64,000 nt of DNA from contig OZ024741.1 in the NCBI GenBank assembly GCA_964016885.1, forward strand, positions 234,918,001 through 234,982,000, read 5' to 3'. This document shows, one piece after another, positions 56,438 to 64,000 of this stretch; the first letter of the stretch is position 1; each line of letters begins with the position of its first letter. Position numbers and translations under genes: made by a program. This DNA is from Eledone cirrhosa. Lineage: Eukaryota. The notes beneath the pieces were generated by a model. It made no database searches and was not told the DNA's origin. It was given only the letters and a program-made list of their open reading frames with translations.

Positions 56438-57719
56438 GTTGAGGAAGAGAGCAAAAGGAAGAAAGGAGCACTTGCACAACACGCTCCTGGAGTTGAGGGT
56501 TGTTCTATCGACGGGGTATTAAACAACCCATTTGTGGCGCCTCCCCCCTATTGGGGATTTCGATTGTTGAAATTGTTTGTTTTTATATTTTTTACACGAC
56601 TGTATGTAAAATCCCCGGCATGTCTTTGTATTGTCCCCTTTTCTTGTTGCGCCCTTGTGGCTAATAAAGAAATCTATCTATCTAGCTAGCTAGCTATCTA
56701 TCTATCTAACTCTAATATATATATATATATATATAATATAATATAATATAATATAATATTATATTATATTATATTATATTATATTATATTATATTATATT
56801 ATATTAAATTATATATTATCCACTTCTCATGATTCCGACATAGGTTTCTACGCGGCACCTTTTGGCCTGTTGATTCCACCAATCTTCACCAACTACGAAT
56901 CACCATCGGATTACCCCGACTTCAGATTGCGGTATTTTTTTTTTAACTGCTCACCACACCAAATTCCGCGACCTTCTCTCCTTATTTGTTTATCTCCCTC
57001 TTGTTCCTTTTCTCAACCCTCACGTGAGTCCTCATCCACCATACCCAACTTGTACTCTCCTGGCAAATGGCAAAAGTCCGATACATTGAACTTCTTTTTT
57101 CTGTCTTTCATCCAAAGCTAATAACACTAATTGTTTTTTTATCTGTGTTTGCCATTTTTATTATATATACATGTGTATAACGCTATATTGGAGCACCAAT
57201 ACTAATTTTTAATTTAAGCCGAGCCGGCTACCGCTCGGTATGCAAATACAAGATACACTCAAGAGGTTTTACCTTTTCTTTTCATGCACATTTAATTGGC
57301 TTTCATATGGTTATTATAAGCTAATATGCCAAATCTTTTTTCCAGGCTGAAGGTTTGAGCCGCTACAGCACTTTAAACATTGCAAATTTCTGAACGAGCA
57401 ATTTTCTTGTCCCATATCGGTATGTAGATATTTCTTCTTGTTTTGTTTTGTATTCATCCTGAATACGCTATCTATGGATACTCCGTGGATTCTATTGAGG
57501 TACTGGTGGTGAATAGTCCTGTCTTACCACCGAAATTATAATGATCTCCAGAAGACAAACGATAGTCATTTTGCTTAACTGATGTCATCTTGACCTTGAC
57601 TGATCTATGTCACCTTACATGATCCAAGTCACCCTACTTAATCCAAGTCACTTTACCTGGCCTAGGTCAAATTTCCTGACTGAGGCCATCCTTGATATTT
57701 AAGTCCATTCTGCCTGGGA

Positions 57720-58660
57720 GTGTATATGTCTGTGTATGCATAAATGAATCTAGTTTACATAAATATCATTGCGTCTATATCTGTACGCCTGTATGTGTGA
57801 ATGTGCTTCTGTGTGTATACGTGTGTGTATATGTATGTGTTTCTGTTCGTCTTCCGTGTACCCGTGTGCATATGTACGTGTTTCTTTGTGTATGGGTGTG
57901 TTTCTGTGTACCTGTGTGTGTATCTGTGTGTCTATGTGTGTCTTTCTGTGAGTCTGTGTATATATATGTGTGTGTTTCTTTGGACTTGTGTGAGTGTGTG
58001 TGTGTGTGTGTATGTACTTGCTTGCTTATGTGTGTTTCTGTGTACCTGTGTGTGCTTCTGTGTGCGTATATGTATGTTTCTGTGTGCCTGAGTATATATG
58101 TGTGTTTCTATTTGCATGTGTGTACGTCTGTATTTATATGTGCCTGAGTGTGTGTAACTATGTGTGTGTGTACCCCTGTGTATGTGTGCCAGTATGTGTA
58201 TTTTTTCTGTCTTTGTATGTGCATGCGTGTGAGTATATGTCGGTACCTCAGTGTGTATGTGTGTGTATGTGTGTGTGTGTGTGTGCGTGTATGTGTGCGT
58301 GTATGTGTGCGTGTATGTGTGTGTGTGTGTGTTTCTGTATGCCTATATATGTGCGTGCGTGCGTGTGTGTGTATGTGTGTGCGTGTATGTGTGTGTGTAT
58401 GTGTGCGTGTATGTGCGTGTATGTGTGTGCGTGTGTGTGTTCTGTATGCCTATATATATGTGTGTGTGTGTGTATGTGTGCGTGTATGTGTGTGTGTGTG
58501 TGTGTTTCTGTATGCCTATATATGTGTGTGTGTATGTGTGCGTGTATGTGTGTGTGTTTCTGTATGCCTATATATGTGTGTGTGTGTGTGTGTGCGTGTA
58601 TGTGTGTGTGTGTGTGTTTCTGTATGCCTATATATGTGAGTGTGTGTGTACGTGTGTGCA
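57720..58660. repeat. Degenerate (TG)n-derived minisatellite with recurrent TTTCTGTATGCCTATATATG
   Basis: The unit recurs about every 55-110 bp from 58332 to 58636. Confidence 0.8.
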
Positions 58661-58892
58661 CATAAAGCATGCAGAACACTCCTTTGACTCATTTACTCAG
58701 CATAAATTTCCCCCTCTTTTCATTAATGTTGTATACGTCATATATTTGCTTATATATTCCGACAATTCTTACCAAGTCAACTGCTAGTATATATGCATCG
58801 CTGATGAGATTTACGAAGAACGAAAAACACATGCTGCTTTCACTAGGTGGCTATAAAAGCCATTGTCTTAACTTTACAAAAAAATTGGCTGG

Positions 58893-58959
<67 letters not shown>

Positions 58960-60533
58960 CGCGCGTGTGTGTACGTGTATACATACACGGAGGGAAAGAA
59001 ACAGTGCTTAAATCACGCCAAGGATCTGTTTCCATTGTTGACACTATTTGTCGGTTGCGGCTCTTTGCACGAACTTTTCTGGAGACATGAGGCGGGATTT
59101 GAACTCAGATTGTACAAATCTCCCACTGTTCAAAAAGTTCCAGGAACATTGGGACTCCACAGATAAGTCTCATTATCAAACTATCCAGGACGATGATGAG
59201 CTCATGGCAGATTTTTAGAAGCAAAAGCGGGAGGTGACTATGCCGAGTTCATAAAGCTCTCCCTTCTCTACCTTGGTAGTTGGCCATCTCCTTAGTTCCC
59301 CTTCTCGGTTCAAGGAGCTTATCACCAAGCTCGTTGGATGGCTATGACCATATGTGTGATCAAGATAGTTCTGTTCAAAGATCAACTTAAGCTTACACCA
59401 CGTGAGTCGAGAGATGAACAAAAAGTCGCTTAGTTTGTGACTTTGGTGTATGTAAAATTCTGGAACAAAGTAATGGATTCCAGATGGGTTTCAAAGAATG
59501 ATCTCGATTTAATGAAGCTGCTACTAATGTATTCTGAACAACACATCGGAACTGTGGCAGAGACGTCACTTGTGGTATTTGTCAGAAGAGTTAGTAGCAT
59601 TGATGAAGAAGGTCGAAGAGAAAGGAATGGCTTTCAGCAACAAAGTGACTTCGTTATGAAGGAAACAAATAATGTTTTCCATCTGCTCGACATTGTCCTA
59701 AAGAATTTGGATTTTTGCACTGACGGCGATATCAAAACATTTGTTGATGCTTTGAAAGTTGTGAATGGCGCTGCTGAGCCAAGTGTTTATCTCATAAGGA
59801 GAGTTAATGATTTTACGTAGGATGAAAATCAGAAATAGTTACTCCTAGAAATTGTACAAATTAGTCACTCTTTTGGCGGGTAAAATGAAGGTGTGAACAA
59901 AGAGATTTTTTGCACAGCGTCAAAGAAAAATTCTCAACTACCGTTATAAACAATCAATTAAATATCAATTATATGAAACAATTATATATATACTTGAAGA
60001 ATAAACAAGATAAACACAGAGCTGTAAAATAGAAAGTCTTAGTTTTACGCTAAGGAAGAAGTAAATGGTTTCGACGTATTGGACAGAAGTCCTTCTTAGG
60101 GAAATAGCAGGTTTGGAGAGATAAAACAATCGAGCAACGGTGATTGGAAAAAAAAATTAAGAAGGTTGAGGAAGGTAGGCGAATAGTCCAGCGTGTGGGA
60201 GTTGGGGATCGAGGTGGAAAGTCCAGGTGTGTCATGGGTGCTGTTAAGGTGCAGAGGGAGTGCATTTCGTGTGTGTGCATTATTGCTTTTGTGTGTGCGT
60301 ATTGTTTGTGTATTGTTAATGGAAATGAACGTGCGTGTGTCTGTGAATATTTTATCTAGTTTTTTTTTATGTGTGTGTGTATGTTTTTGTAAGTGTGTGT
60401 TTATGACACGTGTGTGTCAGTATTTTTTAATGTATTTTTTGTGTGTGCGTGTATATATACACATGTGTGTCTGTGGATTCTGTATGTGTTTGTGTGTGTG
60501 CTTGCGTGTACATCAGGGTTTCCAAACCTCTTT

Positions 60534-60822
60534 TGCATAATCGCCCACTTTCAAAGGGAAAATATTTCCACTGTCTACCTGTATAGTAAATATTCAAAAG
60601 CATACTGAAAATGTTTGGTAAAAGTTTGGCTCCTTATTCCCATTTAGCACCCTGTTTCTTTTTTTTTTTATACAAATTCTTTGCATATCACCTTCGAATG
60701 TTTGTTTTCGGGTAGCATGTGTTGAAATACCTTCTTAATACTCCAAACCCTATATCCGCCCTCCCAACAGTTGAAATTATCCACCGGTGGGCGATATCGC
60801 CCAGGCTGGAAATCGTAATGAC
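60534..60822. mobile_element. Possible hAT-type MITE
   Basis: CAGGGTTTCCAAACCT at the left and imperfect AGGCTGGAAATCGT at the right. TSD not resolved. Confidence 0.4.
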
Positions 60823-61066
60823 ATGTTTAAGTTTTATGTGGTTATTGGTTTGTGTCGTGGGCATACGTTATATTCTTCTGTGTCTGTGTGATTTGTGCAT
60901 CATTGATGTGCGCATGTATGTGTATGTGTTTACGTAAAAGTGTGTGCGTGTAATATATACATGTGTGTATCTGTGGATTCTTTAACGCACGCGCGCACAC
61001 ACACATGCACGCACGCACGCACGCGCGCGCGCACACACACACACACACACACATATATCTATCTAT

Positions 61067-61113
<47 letters not shown>

Positions 61114-61121
61114 GTGTGTGT

Positions 61122-61220
<99 letters not shown>

Positions 61221-61702
61221 ACGGAGAAAAAGACGATTATTAGGAAGAAAAATATATTTTTTTCCTTTTTTATTTCTTTCTCTCTTTTTTCTGGGTTAGA
61301 AAATGATTAAAACGAAATATTTTACTTTGTGTGAAGTGTTAAGGTATTAGTTGATTTATTTATTATTTAACAATGGCATTTATTTATTTATATATTTAAT
61401 AATTGTCTATTACCGGTTTCAGCATTTTTATGCATTATCAAATGATAATAATATGTATTGGTGTAGAATGGTGGTGTTGGACATGTTAAAGAAATGGTGC
61501 AGAAAGAATAATGTTATTTACAAACAAAGTTTATGAAGTGAAAAGAAAAAAGAAAAGAGAAAAAAGGGGCGTAATGTGGAGCATAATAAGTCAATGTGAA
61601 AGAAAAAATATAAATTAATATATATACATATATTAATTTATAAAGTTAACTGTCTCTAATACGTAAACATCTCAATGAAAGGATAAGATATATCAATAAA
61701 TT

Positions 61703-61803
61703 AGCCGAGGTTGACTTTGCCTTTCATCCTTACGGGGTCGATAAAATAAACTACCAGTAATGAACTGGGTTATTGCTGGCCTTGTGCCTAAAGTAGAAAC
61801 AAA
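61703..61803 (+). mobile_element. tRNA-SINE 3' half
   Basis: Core and tail match 14083-14182. Confidence 0.8.
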
Positions 61804-61832
61804 TAAATTATCTACTCAGAGAAGTAATTAGA

Positions 61833-62238
61833 TATATTAAACTTAAGCCAAAAACTCAATATGTGGGGATATAAGCTAGACCGACTAAAATAAGTCGGTT
61901 TTACTCACATAGTTACCCGACCATATAAGCCCGTCCTATTGTCCTATTGAATGGGATATATTCATACAGTAATTCAACGACGCATCAGGTCGACACCATG
62001 TGGTTCGGCAACGACATGGTATGAAGGATATATATTCAAGTTCTCTTATTCCAAAGAATTCTCTCGATGACGGAATTGCAATTTTTCCAATATTGTTTAT
62101 TCCAATGTCTTGGGATGATTAATGTTTTTTGAATTCCAGAAACGATTGTTGGGGAAGTGTATGAGTAAAACTGACTAACTTTAGTCGCTCTAGCTTACAT
62201 CCTCTCAAAATTGAGATTTTGGCTTAAGCTTAATATAT
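61833..62238. mobile_element. ~400-bp element with ~55-bp imperfect TIRs (MITE)
   Basis: TATATTAAACTTAAGCCAAAAACTCAAT..TAAGCTAGACCGACTAAA / TTTAGTCGCTCTAGCTTA..ATTGAGATTTTGGCTTAAGCTTAATATA. Confidence 0.7.
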
Positions 62239-62354
62239 TATATTTGTTATGTATATAGATTGGGTGATTTAGTAAGTTTGTGGTTTATTGAGGAAGGTAC
62301 CAATACCTTAACATGGATCCTGAGCCACCCGTCTGCGAAACGGTGATAACTGTG

Positions 62355-63110
62355 CGTGGGCGCATAATGGGAAAATACTTGGAAAGGAAGTTACCCCTGA
62401 AATGAGAATACAAATGGAATAAAACAAGTTTCGAGTAAATCGGACTACGGGTTCCCGGGATATGGTTTTTTTCGGGGTACCTTCATAAACAAAGAGATAG
62501 AGAAATATAGAGGGGAAGAGATAGTGGTTGTGAGAGAGTAGATTGAAAGAGAGGCATAGAGAGTGGGAGAGGACATAGAGAAGGATAATGGAAGAGAGCC
62601 GGTGGTGTTGTTGTGTATATATATATATATGTGAGTGTGTGTATATATATATATATGTGTGTGTGTGTGTATATACACATACACATTTTTATATACATAC
62701 ACACACGTATATATATGGGCCTTCCAGTTTCATTTCACATTATATACATGTCTGTGTATATTTTAATTATTTAAACATTATTTTTAAGGGAACATGATTT
62801 AAAAAAAAATATTTTCAAGTGAACGTGACCCAACGGGTCACGGGTGGTCTAGTATAATACTAAAACTCTGGAATTGCTTGCTTGCGTGCTTGTCTATAAT
62901 TGTACTACAGTCAAAAGGGCGCATAATGGGACAATACTTTGAAAGGAAGTTGACCCTGAAATGGGAATACAAAGGGAATAAAACAAGTTTCGCGTAAATC
63001 GGAGCACGTGTACCCTAGATATGGGGTTTTTCCGGGTACCTTCATAAAGAGAGAGAGAGAGAGAGAGCGAAAGATAGAGAAAAAGAGATAGTGGCTGTGA
63101 TAGTGGTTAT
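62355..63110 (+). mobile_element. Tandem non-autonomous Helitron-like units
   Basis: 62358-62520 repeats at 62917-63100. Hairpin GTGACCCAACGGGTCAC plus CTAG|T at 62825-62853 lies between them. Confidence 0.6.
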
Positions 63111-63341
63111 CGAACCAACCAACCAACCGGAAGTTTATAATAAATTAAAGTGAAAACCGTCAGGTGCGTGTGTTTTTATTGGCAACATGACCCTCCCAAA
63201 GTATAACAATATATGTATATATTGTCTTTAATGCATAGAAATATCGATGATCTCCAACAGACAACTGATGAAGGAACATTATCCCCCGTTCGTGCTTCCC
63301 TCTTATTTATAAATACACCTTATCCAGCAACTACACAACCC

Positions 63342-63406
<65 letters not shown>

Positions 63407-63639
63407 TCTGTATATATATATATATATATACATCTCCACCAACAACACACTTCACACCCACACATACGCAAACGCACCGAAATGTGCACCCCACCTACAC
63501 ACAGACACCCATGGCACGCCGGTGTCCCCCTCCCCAGACTCAATATGATGCCGACCACTCCTCCTCTCTCCTTCTTAGTATTCTTATTTTAATTTTTTAT
63601 TTTTATAATTTCTTCCTAACGTTATTTCAACTACCACAC

Positions 63640-63730
63640 TTTACCTTTCATCCTTACGGGGTCGATAAAATAAAGTACCAGTAATGCACTGGGTAATTGC
63701 TGGCCTTGTGCCTAAAGTCGAAACAGTTAT
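63640..63730 (+). mobile_element. tRNA-SINE 3' half
   Basis: CCTTTCATCCTTACGGGGTCGATAAAATAAAGTACCAG..GTGCCTAAAG. Confidence 0.8.
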
Positions 63731-63922
63731 TTCAACTACCATTTAATTAATTTTATTTTTTGCTTTTTTCATTCTTTAACGTTTTTTTTTTTTTCTTCGC
63801 TATTTTACTTTTGTGTTATGCCCGATGAAGGACAAATGCTCGATACGTTGACTATGTAACTCCTTCTCCAAGTGTGAAACTAATACACTTTATGTTATTG
63901 CATCTTCTAGTTCGTTCGTATG

Positions 63923-64000
<78 letters not shown>

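Larger units (their letters stand above)
50889..56672 (+). mobile_element. Near full-length Tx1/L1-clade LINE, inactivated, flanked by TCTA repeats
   Basis: 5'UTR, ORF1-like region, APE-RT-CCHC ORF2, and 3' AATAAAGAAA-(TCTA)n. Confidence 0.9.

Noticed and set aside
59200-59820. Balanced-composition segment with a 127-aa ORF
   Set aside because: Probably a decayed retroelement fragment, but no motif could be identified on either strand.
58798-63860. CTGATGA/CCGATGA hits at ~58801, ~63265 and ~63822
   Set aside because: No convincing GAAA, helix III and helix I partners, so they are not counted as ribozymes.

Overview
AT-rich, microsatellite-saturated eukaryotic repeat landscape. The SINE family and the (TA)n/(CA)n density suggest a cephalopod such as Octopus (inference). 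No host protein-coding gene can be supported, and most ORFs in the track are microsatellite read-through. Recognisable mobile DNA comprises a Helitron helicase remnant and non-autonomous Helitrons, a mariner remnant and MITEs, Penelope-like (GIY-YIG) fragments, several RTE LINE fragments, two RLE-type LINE fragments, a near full-length but frameshifted Tx1/L1 element sitting in (TCTA)n, and tRNA-derived SINEs. The main hidden signal is RNA-structural. More than 25 minimal type I hammerhead ribozyme (HHR) motifs from about 8 sequence families sit in short repeats between (TA)n tracts, including a ~420-bp tandem retrozyme-like array (41893-44510). Many long palindromes are centred on the helix II position of an HHR 3' half, consistent with cDNA snap-back. 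One HHR hairpin (39044-39369) has dense A-to-G changes on both arms of the same strand, which looks like a genomic fossil of ADAR hyper-editing. All calls and coordinates were made by eye and no searches were run.
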